Shown: positions 47,891 to 61,365 of the stretch, piece by piece
Position numbering within the stretch: position 1 is the stretch's first letter
How the letters are laid out: every line of letters begins with the position of its first letter
DNA from: Chiloscyllium plagiosum
Taxonomy: Eukaryota
Reading direction: 5' to 3'
Length of the DNA stretch: 64,000 bases
NCBI RefSeq assembly: GCF_004010195.1
Contig: NC_057755.1
Span: forward strand, 1,353,306-1,417,305
Position numbers and translations under genes: made by a program
The notes under the pieces: model-generated
Databases searched by the model: none
Seen by the model: only the letters and a program-made list of their open reading frames with translations
What the model was told of the DNA's origin: nothing

Positions 47891-48176
47891 GAGTCGAGGA
47901 AACGATTTTATTGTTTAACAGCAGTGGTGACATTGGCAGCTGGCGACACCCCTACATACAACAATAAGAATGGTGTTTTCAAAAGTATGTGAAACAAATA
48001 GTAAATATTGTGTCAGAGGCCCAGGGTTAGACGTCTTGCACCGTCAGACTCCGAGAAGTGATTAAAAATCTTTGCCCAGATAATGTTGGAAAGGATCATT
48101 TTAGTTTGGAAATTTTGTTTCGCATGGCTGAGTTGGACCAAAGGCTGTTTCTGTGTGTTATGACTGTATGTATAGA

Positions 48177-48835
48177 TTAGAGTGGTGCTGGAAAAGCACA
48201 GCAGATCAGACAGCATCCGAGGAGCAGGAAATCGACATTTAGGGCAAGAAACCTTAACCAGGAATGAGGCAGGGACTGTCTGGAGTGGAGAGATAAATCG
48301 GAGGGGGTGGGGCTGCGGAAAAGGTAGCTAAGAGTACAATAGGTAGATGGAGGTGGGGATAGGTCAGAGAGGAGGGTGGAGCAGATAGGTGGGAATGAAG
48401 ATTGGCAGGTAGGACAGATCATGAGGATGATGCTGATCTGGCAGGTTCAAACTGGTGTAAGGTTGGCGAAGGGGAAATGAGGAAACAGTTGAAGTCCACA
48501 TTTATGCCCTGGGGTTAAAGCATTCCGAGACAGAAGCTGAGACGTTCTTCCTCCGGGCGTAGGTTGGTGAGGGAATAGAGTTCCTGCATGTCCTCAGCAG
48601 ATTGGGAGGGGGAGTTGAAATGTTCGGCCACGGGGCGGTAGGTTTGATTGGTACAGGTGTCTTTGAGATGTTCCTTAAAGCTCTCTGCGAGGACGTGTCC
48701 TGTCTTCCCTATGTAAAGGAGACCGCATCGGGAGCAGGGAATATTATAAATGACATTGGTGGATGTGCAGGTGAAATTTTGTTGGATGTGGAAGATTCCT
48801 TTGGAGCCTTGGATGGAGATAAGGGGGAAGGATGT
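48177..48835 (-). mobile_element. Penelope-like 3' fragment (GIY-YIG)
   Basis: VIYNIPCSRCGLLYIGKTG; terminus of the same family as 4592-6241. Confidence 0.85.
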
Positions 48836-49101
48836 CATTCACAAGGGCTTGGGATGCACAACTCAGTGGAACGGATTGGGGGTGGATACAGGAAAACCTG
48901 TGATGGACCAAAACACTGAAATTGGTTTGCTATTCTTGAGCTTTGTCCCAGGCTGTGGAGTGTCATTGTCCAGGCTCAAGTGAAGTTGTGGGAGGACAGA
49001 AGTGAGGAGGAAGATTGAACGGGAATGTTGGAAGAGGTTGGTAGATGCCAAACAAATTGGAAACACCTGATCTTCAGAGAACTTTCTCTTTTCTTTTACA
49101 G

Positions 49102-50211
49102 TTAATTTATTGGCAATTCTTACTGTGCTTCGGGGAAACTGTGGCCTTTCCGCTTGCACTACTCGCTATTGTGGCCATGGCAGCATCGGATCTAATGTTC
49201 ATTATCACTGAGACAGATCTATTACTTATATTTTCCAGTGGGCATCTTGGACATCACCTATGCTTGTTATATAATCAATCTCTTGTTTTGAGTTGCTACA
49301 GACTGTTCTGTTCGGTTCACCATCACTTTCACCTTTGACCGATTTGTGGCCATTTGTTGCCAGAAGATTAATATGCAATATTGCATGAAGAAAACTGTGC
49401 GTATAGTTTTAACAACAATGTCTATTCTGTTCTGCTTTAAAAAAAAAACCCTTTTACTTTACTTTTGAACCTGGAAAGCTAGTTAACAATGCTCTGTGGT
49501 TTTGTTGCAGAAAGACAAACTATTTTACCGATCCAGGTTGGGTGGGTTTTATTGGTTTGATTTGATATTTAGGGAGAAAATGAGGTCTGCAGATGCTGGA
49601 GATCAGAGCTGAAAATGTGTTGCTGGTAAAGCACAGCAGGTCAGGCAGCATCCAAGGAACAGGAGAATCGACGTTTCGGGCATAATTCCTGATGAAGGGC
49701 TTATGCCCGAAACGTCGATTCTCCTGTTCCTTGGATGCTGCCTGACCTGCTGTGCTTTACCAGCAACACATTTTCGTTTCTGATTTGATATTTACCCCAT
49801 TACTCCCATTTCTTTCCGTCATGTTGCTGAATGCTCTGATGGTCAGACATATTTTGGTGGTTGGTCAATTCCGATTGTGACTAAGCAGAAAGAACAAGAG
49901 GAAAAATATCAATGTCCCAGAGATAGAGAGTAGACAGAAATCTGTGGTTTTGCTCTTCAAAATATAAGGCAGCTTTATAATTCTATGGCTGCTGTACGTA
50001 ATAAATTTCTTCTATGCGCTCACAGACAATGTTTACAATGATACATTTTATAAAGTTCGAAGAGCTGGCTGGATGCTGCGGACCTTAAATTGCAGCACAA
50101 ACACATTCATTTATGTGGCAACTTAGGAGAAATTCAGAAATGAGATGAAGAGCGCAGTGAAATATCCTTTTTACGAGAATTATTCAATTAATGAGTAAAC
50201 GAAAGAAGTGA
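49102..50211 (+). pseudogene. Class A orphan GPCR (GPR139/GPR142-like) main exon, pseudogenised
   Basis: Acceptor ttttcttttacag, then NLLAILTVLRGNCGLSACTTRY, VAMAASDL, DCSVRFTITFTFDRFVAICCQK and CSTNTFIYVAT*EKFRNEMKSAVKYP. Several frameshifts and stops, plus an insertion at 49572-49780. Confidence 0.85.
49572..49780. mobile_element. Penelope-derived hairpin mini-element with hammerhead (49689-49716)
   Basis: 75-bp arms 49611-49685/49701-49775; TSD tgatttgatattta at 49558-49571 and 49781-49794. Confidence 0.88.
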
Positions 50212-50934
50212 GAGCAGCATAGAGAAACTCTCTCGTTTTCCCTATCCGTGGACTTAACATTTAACTCACACCTACTCAGCATTAATTATAACTCTATAAA
50301 TAACTCTCATGGGGACGGTGCACCGATTATATTTCGGTATGTCAGATTAAGCAAACTGTAGATGCTCGTCAGAGGTTCAACTCCGACGTGATAACGTTGC
50401 CTCACCACAAACAACTTAACTGGGAATTAATAAATACCCTGGAACGGGAGAGGTTGAAAGATTATTCACGATAGGGATTACACAGATGCTTGGAGTTGGA
50501 AACCCAAAAAGACAGTGGAGACAGAACACACTGTGATATTCAGAATGCAGGAAGAAAGTCAAACCATCACATTCACACTCCCACCTCCCCTGGATTAATT
50601 CTCATGTCCTTGCACCACCTCCCTCTCCTTTTTCATCTAATGCTCCCTAATACAGTGTCTGAACTGGCATCTTGATCGTTCTTAAAAATTGATGCCCGGC
50701 CTCCAAACTGCAATTCTAATCTGGAAAACGCGAACTCTGTCGATGTCCCTTGTCTATTATTACAGAGATTAATCCCCAGTTTGAATGTCCAAAGTCAATG
50801 TTGCACACTTGATAAAGTAGCAAAATTGCTCCTCTTAAGTCACATCCTTTGCATATTACAGTTTATTTTGGAACAAAGATAAACTTCCATGTTCAATCTT
50901 CTAAACCTTACCGTTGCTTTGTACATGGTTGAAT

Positions 50935-51490
50935 AGAACATAGAACAATACAGCACAAAACATGTCCTTTGGACTTCGATGTTGTGTCGATCATTTATCT
51001 TATTTAAGAGTCAGTTAAATGTCCCTAATGTATCTGACTCTACCACTACTGCTGGCAGTGCGCTCAAAGCACCAACCAATCTCTGTGTAAAGAACCTACC
51101 TCTGACATCTTCACTAAACCTTCCTCCAATCACCTTAAATTTATGCCCACTCCTGATAGCCATTTCCACCATGGCAAACACGTCTCTACCTATCCACTGT
51201 ATCTGTGCCTCTCATCATCTTTTACACCTTTGTCAAGTCACCTCTCATCCTTCTTTGAGAAAAGCCACAGCTCCCTCAACCTTTCCTCATAAGACATGCC
51301 TTGCAGTCCTGGCAGCATTCTGGAAAATCTCCTCTGCACTCTTTCTCAATCTTCCAAATTCTTTCTATAATGAGACGACCAGAGCTGAATGCAATATTCT
51401 GAGTTTGGACGAACCAGGACTTTATAGAGCTGCAGTATAACTTCACGACTCTTAAAGTCAGTCCTCCTGCTCGTGAAAGCAAACACATCA
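50935..51490 (-). mobile_element. CR1 3' fragment
   Basis: REVILQLYKVLVRPNSEYCIQLWS; atagaac tail. Confidence 0.8.
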
Positions 51491-52549
51491 CAGGACGAAT
51501 CTGCTGTGAACTGATTCCTCTGTAAGGCACCGAATTCAATTTTGTCCTTAATCTTAACTCCTCTCGTCTTTCTCTTGCAATCCACTCTTTTCTTATTATT
51601 CAGCTATTGCATTTGGCGATTGTTCTTTCATCATGTCCTCTTCCACATGTAGGTACTGTCCCCTCAGAGACTTCAACAATACATTAAATGTTTCAATATG
51701 TACACAAGCAACGTGAGCATCTAACTCCCTGACACTCCTGTCTCCTGAAATCTTCCTAAAACTCAAATTTCTTAACGAGAGTTACGTACTGGCAGAGCAA
51801 ATATTTCTGCCAATTAAATATTTGGCAACTGATCACAGGACATTGCATCACTTTTGAATTCATTCAAAATTTGATTACCCAGATACTGGCTCCAATCTAC
51901 TCACTGGAAAACATGGCTGAACGTTTGGAAAATTTTCATCATGCATCAATGAGAGATTGGTTCCGACCAACTCACTCACATCTTGCACATCTTTTTGAAA
52001 CTTCCTTCTTACATTTTCACAACATCGTCCACCTTGTGTTATTTCATCAGTGTATATAGTTGCCTTTCTCCTCCAGTCCGATTTGACAAGCACATTCCTC
52101 TCTCCATGAAACAAAATCACGTTTTCTGGTGTTTAACACCCTGTTAGCTTTTCCTAAAGAAGTTCACTAATTGTCACGCACTTTGCTGAGCTGTATTTTA
52201 TTGCACTTCCAACAATTTCCTGCTTTCAAAATTCTGATCCTTGTTTTCACATCCTTGTTCATCCAATTCTTTAATCACATCTGACGAATGAAACCTCCAA
52301 GTGGTGTATACTCCTCTAATTTTGGCTTGAGATTTCACGTATTTTTTTAAGGGAACAGCCTTATGTTTAGGACTCCAACCTCCAGAAAATCCTTGCAACA
52401 AAGCTCCATCAATCGACCTTGCATTCCTCTTTTAAGACTATTCCTTAACTATAGTCAGTTTGACCAAGATTTTGTAGCATCTCTCCATCCACGTGAATGA
52501 GATAGAAAACAAATATCTCCTCAGTTACAGTGCTGCTAATCTCAAATAA

Positions 52550-52842
52550 TCCCTTACAGTGTGATAATAGGGCATTCGGCCCAACCAAGAGGATTCCAAC
52601 CAGACCCATTCACCTCCTCTATTACTCTACATTTCCCATGATGAATACAACTAACTTACACTCCTGAACACATTGTTCAATTTCGCATGACCAACTCACC
52701 CTCATCTGTCCATATTTGGATTGTGGGATTAAAAAAAAAGAACAACCAAAGAGAACATGGGGCAAATGCGCAAACTCCACCCAATTGCCCAGAGACTGGA
52801 ATCGAATGTAAATCAGCAGTGCCAACCACTGAGCCACCACAC
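52550..52842 (-). mobile_element. Degenerate tRNA-derived SINE
   Basis: gtggtggctcagtggttggcactgctg on the minus strand. Confidence 0.65.
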
Positions 52843-53123
52843 TACACATTTGAGTCAAGTTTGCTCAAGTCTGCTCCATGATGTTTTCTATGAAGGAAGC
52901 ATAGAGACAACAAACCAAGGAAATCAATAGTTTTGGAATGTGGGGCACATGATATATCAGAACTATATTTTCCCTAAGCGATTGTTTACATGAGAAGTTA
53001 GACACAGAGTTTGATCTGAAAAACTGAGCCAATAGAACAAGCTTGTTTAATCGAGATTTTGAGGCAGTGACAGTTATCTGGAAATCAACTTATCATCTTC
53101 CCTTCTTTCTCAGAAGAGGTGTT

Positions 53124-53710
53124 AGAGCCACAGAGATGTACAGCACAGAAACAGACAAACTTGTCAATGCGAACCAGATATCTCAACATAATCTAGACAC
53201 ACCTGCAAGCACCCGACCCATATCCCTCCAAAACCTTCCCAATCATATACCCATCCAAATGCCTCTTAAATGTTGCAATTGTACTCACCTTCACCACTTC
53301 CTCTGGCAGCTCATTCCGTTCGCCCTCGGCGTGAAAGGTTGGCCCTTGAGACTCTTTTATTTCTTTCCCCTCTCACCATAAACCTATGCCCTCTAGTTCT
53401 GGACTTTCCCACCCCAGGGAAGATACTTTGTCTATTTATTATATTCATGCCCCTCATGATTTTGTAAACCTTTATAAGGTCACCCCTCAGCTTCCGACGC
53501 TCCAGGGAAACCAGTTCCATGCTATTCAACCTCTCCCTATAGCTCAAGCCTTCCAACCCTGGCAACATCCTTGTAAATCTTTTCTGAACCCTTTCAAGCT
53601 TCGCAACATCCTTCCAATAGGAAGGAGACCAGAATTACACGCAATATTCCAACAGTGGCCTAACCATTATCCTGTACAGCCGCAACATGACCTCCCAAGC
53701 CATATACTCA
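53124..53710 (-). mobile_element. CR1 3' fragment
   Basis: MLPGLEGLSYRERLN..LRGDLIKVYKIMRG. Confidence 0.88.
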
Positions 53711-53711
53711 A

Positions 53712-54492
53712 TTTTTGTGCGAAGATTTGTAGCTCGGGTGCTCGTTGTTGTGGTTCTGTTCGCCGAGCTGAAGTTTTTGTTGCAAACGTTTCGTCCCCTG
53801 GCTAGGCGACATCATCAGTGCTTGGGAGCCTCCTGCGAAGCGCTTCTTTGATGTTTCCTCCGGTGTTTATAGTGGTCTGTCCCTGCCGCTTCGCAGGAGG
53901 CTCCCAAGCACTGATGATGTCACCTAGCCAGGGGACGAAACGTTTGCAACAAAAACTTCCAGCACGGCGAACAGAACCACAACAACGAGCACACGAGCTN
54001 NNNNNNNNNNNNNNNNNNNNNNNNNNNNNNNNNNNNNNNNNNNNNNNNNNNNNNNNNNNNNNNNNNNNNNNNNNNNNNNNNNNNNNNNNNNNNNNNNNNN
54101 NNNNNNNNNNNNNNNNNNNNNNNNNNNGAGATGCTCCTGATGTATGGTAGTGTGGCTAGTCCTTTTGGTTGTGGTATGTCCTCGTTCCGTGGTCTTTCTC
54201 TTAGGCATCTGTTGATGAAGTTGTGCGGGTATCCGTTTTTGGCGAATACCTTGTATAGGTGTTCCTCTTCTTCTTTTTGCAGTTCTGGTGTACTGCAGTG
54301 TTTTGTGGCCCTTTTCAATCGTGTCCTGATGCAGCTTCGTGTGTGTGTGTTGGGGTGGTTACTTTCATAATTTAAGACTTGGTCTGTGTGTGTGGCTTTC
54401 TTGTATACCCTTGTAGTGAATTCTCCGTTCGGTGTTCTCTGTACCATTACGTCTCGGAATGGGAGTTGGCTATCCTTTTCTTCTTTTTCACT
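53712..54492 (-). mobile_element. Penelope-like element spanning an assembly gap, inverted termini with two hammerhead motifs
   Basis: VYKKATHTDQVLNYESNHP...TLPYI; inverted arms ~53731-53842/53887-53999; cores at 53911-53944 (+) and 53818-53785 (-). Confidence 0.88.
54000..54127. other. Assembly gap (N run)
   Basis: 128 Ns. Confidence 1.
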
Positions 54493-55937
54493 GTGTGACA
54501 ATCAATATTCACACTGAAGCAATAATTGTGACCGTGAGGATGAATATAATGATGCTTTGTTTTTCCTGCTGCATCAGTAATCTCTAAACTACAGAACAGA
54601 TGTTGAAATGTGGTATGCAAATATTCATTCACAGTAAACAATCTACTCTCTTAAAACATAAAAGTACAGGTTTCTCGAATATTTGGAGTTCAAACGTCTT
54701 TCTTTTGAACTCAAAATAAAGTTGTTTTCGCTCTTTGAAAATAAAAATGACTTTCACTCACTTCCATGGCTGTCAAGCACTACTAACACAGGGACAGCAA
54801 GGGGTTAAAATTGAGACTACTGTTTCCTCTAATTGTTTCAACTCAAGCTAAATTTAAAGTCCCTTCAAATTTGTACTCGGCAAACATCCCGGGACAGGGA
54901 TAGCATGACGTTAAAAAACAGAGGAAAATTAATTTGACTCATTTGAACTGAATAAAAAAGGTTCTCCTCCCACTGACCCAACAAACACTTTTTGGACAGG
55001 GACAGCAGGGTGTTAAAATGAAATCTCCAAACACTTCAATTGATTCTTAATGTTTCCAGCAGACTTAATTCTGTGTAACGTGATGTTTCATTTTGTTCCC
55101 CGTGTATTTGGTGTAGTATGCAGTTTTCAGTATTTCTTTGAACAATAATTGCAATCCAATTATTACATGCTGTAAATTAATCTAGAAAAGCTGTGCATGT
55201 ATCATGGAATATGGTTTTACAGAATAGGATGCAAACTAAGCTGCATTAAATATTCGTCAATCTTGATATTTTATTTATACAGCACTGAATTATGCGTGAG
55301 CCCTATTTAATCCACTTATTAAAAAATATTTATGGAATTGAATTATTTGCCTTTCTTCCTATGAAAGGAACAATAGCATGTCTATGGCGGGAACTAAGCT
55401 AAGAGGTTCCAGAACTGAAAGAGCAGATCTAAGCTCTGCAATCCTGCCATATACAGTCGGGAATCGTGGTGGACAACTAAACAACTCACTGGAGGAGGAG
55501 ACTCCACAAATATACACATCCTCAATGATTGAAGAGCACAGCAGATCAGTACAAAATTTCAGGCTGAAGGATTCACAGCAATCTTCAGCCAGAAATGCCG
55601 AGTGGATGACCCATCTTGACCTCCTCTAGAGGGGTCCACAGAATCGCAGATCCCAGATTTCAGCGAATTCTCCACTTTGCTGTAGTTTCCCATTGCCAGA
55701 ACTGTGACTTTATTTTGGAAATTGTGACAATGTCATTTAAGAAAAGAAGGGAAGAAATATAATAACACTGAAATGCAGAACGATTGAGCTGACATCAGAT
55801 TTAGGGAAATGTAATTAAAATGTATTGGATGTGAAAACTGGCTACATAGAAAATAGTCTGATGGAGTAGTGCCGACATTGCTGTGTGAAAGGAAATCACG
55901 TGTCACAAGGAATTCTCGGGAAGATACTGGTCGACCT

Positions 55938-56290
55938 ACCTATCTCTAAAGCATCCTCCAGCCCCGAAAGCTCTCTATCTTTGTATCCGCCTCTGGCCCC
56001 GACACCCTCTCTATCTCTGTAACCTCCTCCAGCCCCGACCCCCCTCCCTATCTCTATAATCTTCTCCAGCCCTACACCTCCTCCCTTGCTCTGTAACCTC
56101 CTTCAGCCTCAACACCTTTCTTTTCTGTAACCTCCTCCAGCCCTTACACCCCTCCATATATCTGTAACGGCTTCCAGACCATATTGTCTTCCTTACCTCT
56201 GTCACCTCTTCCAATCCCTACAGTCCTCCCAATCTTTGGAACCCCCTCCAGCCCCAACGCCCCTCTCCATCTATGCAAACTCCCTCATCC
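55938..56290 (+). repeat. Degenerate ~35-bp tandem repeat (ctatctctgtaacctcctccagccc)
   Basis: Directly visible recurring unit. Confidence 0.85.
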
Positions 56291-56304
56291 CCCACTGTCC
56301 TTCC

Positions 56305-56765
56305 TATCACACATGCACAGTAACACATGCAGACTCAGACAGCCATACATGCACAAGCACTCATATACATAGGGAAACACACGTCCAAACAGACACAAAC
56401 ATAAGAAGGCGTAGGCACACACTTATGAACATACAGTTACACATAAATAGGCGTTCAAATGCACAGATACATATATACATGCACACAAACTCTCTCTCTC
56501 TCACACACGCACACACAAATGTACACACTCACTCACATGCATTAAGACACATGGGCTCACACACGAATGAACACACTCAATCACATACAATAACACACAC
56601 GGGCTCACACATGTGCACAAATTCGCCCTTAAACAGGTAGAGACACTGTCACTGTCATACAAGCAGACACGCACAGGCAATATGTACACCCATTCATACA
56701 TTTACAAACACACATACACACACACGCTCACGCACCCAAACACTCGTACAAACAGACACATTGTA
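56305..56765 (+). repeat. CA-rich low-complexity tract
   Basis: Directly visible. Confidence 0.85.
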
Positions 56766-58899
56766 TATTAATACACGATCAATAGCATGGGATACCTGAT
56801 ATTTGAGTACTCAGCAGCATTCAGCTACTGGATTGTGAAAAGAAGTACAGGTACAGCTGATGTTTGGACACTCTGCAGTATGCAAAGCGTGTACTCTCTA
56901 CAGTCATGCATTACCCACAGTGTACAAAAACTGAGATTTGGACAGTAAGCAGTTTGTCGTGTGGCAGACTGAAACTTGAACATTCAGTTATGTGCAGTGT
57001 TAGTATTGAATACACGGACACGCCATGAGAGGTTGGATTCCTTACAGTCTTGACAGTGGGACAATGCAATCTTTGTTGGACTCCGGGAGAATAAATTGAG
57101 CCTTGTGGCAGGTGAGGTCCGCGTTACAGGCAAATATTTAATAGACTGACCGATTGCCTAAAATGATCAGATTGTTCCTCCTCATGTCCCTGAGATGGAA
57201 ACATTTCTGTCAATTGTGTCCACCTTCAGGCGTTTCGCCTGTTCTTGTATCCCTGATGAAAGACTCCAGCTAATTCTCACCCCTTGGGTTACTCTTAAAT
57301 ATCTAAAAATAGCAGGCAAGCTACTGAACGCTCTTTGGTGCCATGGCTCCAGGAGATCTGTGTTTATCTCCCACATCTCCACATCGCACCTAGGAAGCAT
57401 AAAATCAAATTTCAAACTGCAGCAATGTTTTCTTCAGCAGTAAAAATGGCTGCTGTATGTTGAGTCCATCATTGGCGTGGGAAAACCAGTAGCAGTCTGT
57501 GATTAAACCAATTGCAATCCTTCAGAGAATGATGCGTTTGAAAGGGGCTGAGAGATTATGTCTGCATCATTTCTTCCTTTTCCCCTATTGTCCAGCTGTG
57601 ACTATCCTTTCCGATTACATAGCTAATTCTAACGCTGTATGACGCAACTGAGTGAGCTTCCAGCCCCGCTTTCACATGGTAGGTTATATTTAACCAACAT
57701 TGAAAGCAATTTTACTCATTCTCCAACTCAGCCTTCTCCCAGTTCCCTACCAGTTACTGAACGTCCCTCAATCTCAAACATTTCTTGGAAGCAGACCTCG
57801 GGATTTACCCACCGTGCTCTGGCACCAATAACTATCCCTTGATAGGACCAGCTGACACTTGGTTGCTAACTTTATGAGCTGCCCCCTTTAAGACAGTGAT
57901 CGCACTCATTAGTCGGCTAACCAACACTCTGAGTCATCCTGCATTTCTGAAAGGTGTTGTCGGTTAATTCCTTTAATTCTATACCTTTCCTGATCTGCCT
58001 CCTTCTCAGCAGTTCACTCTACTTTTCCTTCTGTCACTCTCTTTTTGTCTCTGTCTGTCTGTCCAATTCTATCTCGCTGCTTCTTCCTGATAATTTTGTT
58101 CTCCGATTTTTTTCACACTCTGCTTTTCCATCTTAAATATTTCACGCACTCACTCATTTTCTGTTCGTCAACTAGTTTTCCCTGTGTTTACATTCCCTTA
58201 TTCATATGTATCACCATCCATAAACAATCTTTCAACTTTCCATCTCCATATCATTGCTATTGCATCGATGTTGGGTTTGGGTAGCTCTCCTGGCTGGGTG
58301 GCTATATTGTAAGGCAGAGTGATACTAACAATGAAGGATTGCTAACAATGCCTGTACCAGCCACGATAAAGATCACAAGAGATAGGATGAGGAGTAGGCC
58401 ATTTGGACCTTCAAGCTTTATTGGTTAATCAACAGGACCATGGCTGTTCCAAAAGTCCTTACATCCACTTTCCTGCCTTTTCTGTTTAAATATTCATTCT
58501 CCAACTGATCAAGCATCTCGCTATCTAAGTCTTAAATATCCACAAGGATTCTAGCCCTCATAGCTCTCTGCAGTAAGGAAATCCAAATGTTCATAATCCT
58601 GCCAGAGAACAAAATTCTCCTATCTCAGACTGAAATTGGAGTTCCTTTATTCTGAAACACTGGTTCCTTGACTCCCCAAAAAGCGCAAATATTCTCTTAA
58701 CATTTACCCTCAAGAATCCTGTACGTATCATATGAGATCACCTCTCATTCTTTTAAACTCCACTGAATCGAGTTCCCGCCACTTTTGCCTTTGTTCATAA
58801 GTCAATCTCCCAATGCCAAGAATTTTTCTAGTGTACCTTCTGTGAACTGTCTTCAATAATGACATGTTTCCTTGAATAAGGAGACGAAAACTGCGTGTA

Positions 58900-59200
58900 G
58901 CACTTGAGTGGCACGCTGGTTCATTGCTGCCACTGTTCCAGGTTCGATTACAGCCTCGGATGAATGTCTGTGTAGAGTTTGTACTTTCTCCCCATGTCTG
59001 CGTGGGTTTCCTCCGCGTGCTTTGGTTTCCTCTCACAGTCCAAAGATGTGCAGCTCATTTGAATTGGCCATGCTACGTTGCCCATAGTGTTAGATGCATT
59101 AATCAGAGTGAAATGGGTTTGCGTGGGTTACTCTTCAGAGGGTCGGTTTGGACTGGTTGGGCCGAAGGACTTGTTTCCACACTATACGTAATTTAATCCA
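58900..59200 (+). mobile_element. tRNA-derived SINE nested in a CR1 fragment
   Basis: ggttcgattacagcctcgg...gtttccacactat. Confidence 0.75.
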
Positions 59201-61163
59201 CTACAGATGTGGTATCGCCAGCATGAGGTGCAGTTACACTGAGACTTCCCTACTATTATACTCCAACCATGTTGAAATAAGGGTCAACATTCCATTAACT
59301 CCCCGGATTACCTGCTGTCCCGTGTGGTAGTTTTCTGTATTTCATGCGCGAGCACCTTCCCACTCCCCGCCCCCCCCCAACCCCCGCCATCTCTTTATGA
59401 TACAGGTTTCTCCTTTTGTACAATATTCTGCTCTTTCCTTCTCCCTTCCAAGATGAGCAAGTTTATGTCTTCCCAACTTCTCCACAATTGGCCAACATTT
59501 TGCGCACAGATTAAATTATCAATATATCTCTCTGAACTGTTTGCATTTCTCCTGCCACCAACCTTTCCACCTCTTGTCAGGTCATCTGCAATTTTGGCGA
59601 CAGAACGTTTACTGCCTTGCTACCAGTCATTAATAACATGCAGGTCCCACCTTCTCATCTCTCCTCTCACCTGAGGCGTGGTGACCCTCAGGTTAAACCA
59701 TCACCAGTTTTCTCCCAATGGTTACACATTTCTCAGGAGCTACGGTTGTTTTCTTTAGTGTTTATCTCTGAAGCGGATCCAGCTGCCATCCTGTCTGACC
59801 ATTTTTCTAAAGCTGCTTGGAATCTTGCCCTCATGGTGAACCAGCAGTTTGTTCACTGCCCGAACTGCAATAACCATTTAGGTAGGCGAACGAAATGTTG
59901 GCCTTCATTGCAAGAGGATTGGACTTCAGAGGTCAGGATGCCTCACTAAAGTTATACAGGGAGTTTGTGAAATCACCCCCGGGAGCGTTGTGTAGTGTTT
60001 TGTTCTCCCTAACTCAAAGCTGAGAGTCTCGCTGTATACAGACTCACCGTCCTGTCAACTCCATCACTCAATGAGGTCAGAGCTGATCTGATCACCTTCA
60101 AATCCAGTTTCCTGCCTTTTCTCCAGAACCCTCGATTACCTTCCTGATTGAAAAAAAACCCCTCTCTTTCACAGTCTTGAAAGTGCTTACGGGGCGAAAC
60201 TCCTCCATAGTAAAGAATTCCTCAGATTCACTCCCCTGGCAGAGAAATTCCTCATCATCTCTGCCTTAATCGATTGACCCATTGTTCTGACATGATGCCC
60301 TCTACTCCTAAGCTATCCCACAAGAGGAAACAACCTATCTGCATTCAGCCTGTCAATTCCCGGAAGAAAAAAAAATATGTTTCAACAAAGTTGCTTCTCA
60401 TTCTTCCAATCTTCAATTTGCACCAGGCCAATCTATTCAACGTCTCCACACAAGACTGTACCTTCAAATCTGGGATCTGCCTCTCGAACAAGATGGGTTA
60501 AATTACCTCTGGATCTATAGGTGAAGTTTTGTTTGTAGTCTGTACCCTCAGCTATTGACGGACTGTACGAGATCCAGCATTCCAAGTGGAAAGAGCAATG
60601 TTTTGCAAGCCTCCTGCTCAGCTGATCAGAGCTCTGACCCAAGTTCAGACTGTCCTTCTGAGCTTCTCCAAAGATCTGAATCGGACGTGGTGCCACTGAG
60701 AACTCTATAAAATGTTTCTCTGGCTACAGTAAGAGTATCGTGTGCACTTATGGAATCCATAAGTTCGGAGGGATATGATTGCACCGGGCGAGTGGGCAGA
60801 GGTGATTGTCCAGCATGTTGCCATAGCTGAAGCGATTACTTATGCATTTGTTCACCTCACAACAGAAGAGATTGAGAGCGGACATGATATAAATGTATCA
60901 ATGATGAGAGACACAAACAATGACGACAGAAAAATAAGCTATTCCATTTGATTGAGGCGTCAATGACCGAAGGCATAGATTAACAGCAAGAGGAGGACGA
61001 TTTAGAGAACATGTGTTTTTTTTTTAACTGAGAAAGTAGTGGCAATCTGTAACTCATTATTTGTGACGATGTTAAGGCAAAAATCCTCATCACATTGAAG
61101 AAGTATTTGGAGGAAAGTAGGCAGTCAAATATTGGGAGACAAGTAAATATCTCCCTGAAAGTG

Positions 61164-61365
61164 CTGAAAATGTGTTGCTGGAAAAGCGCAGCAGGTCAGG
61201 CAGCATCCAAGGAGCAGGAGAATCGACGTTTCGAGCATGAGCCCTTCTTCAGGAATGCCCAAAACGTCGATTCTCCTGCTCCTTGGATGCTGCCTGACCT
61301 GCTGCGCTTTTCCAGCAACACATTTTCAGCTCTGATCTCCAGCATCTGCAGTCCTCACTTTCTCC
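61164..61365. mobile_element. Penelope-derived hairpin mini-element, hammerhead on the minus strand (61252-61225)
   Basis: TSD atctccctgaaagtg at 61149-61163 and 61366-61380. Confidence 0.88.
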
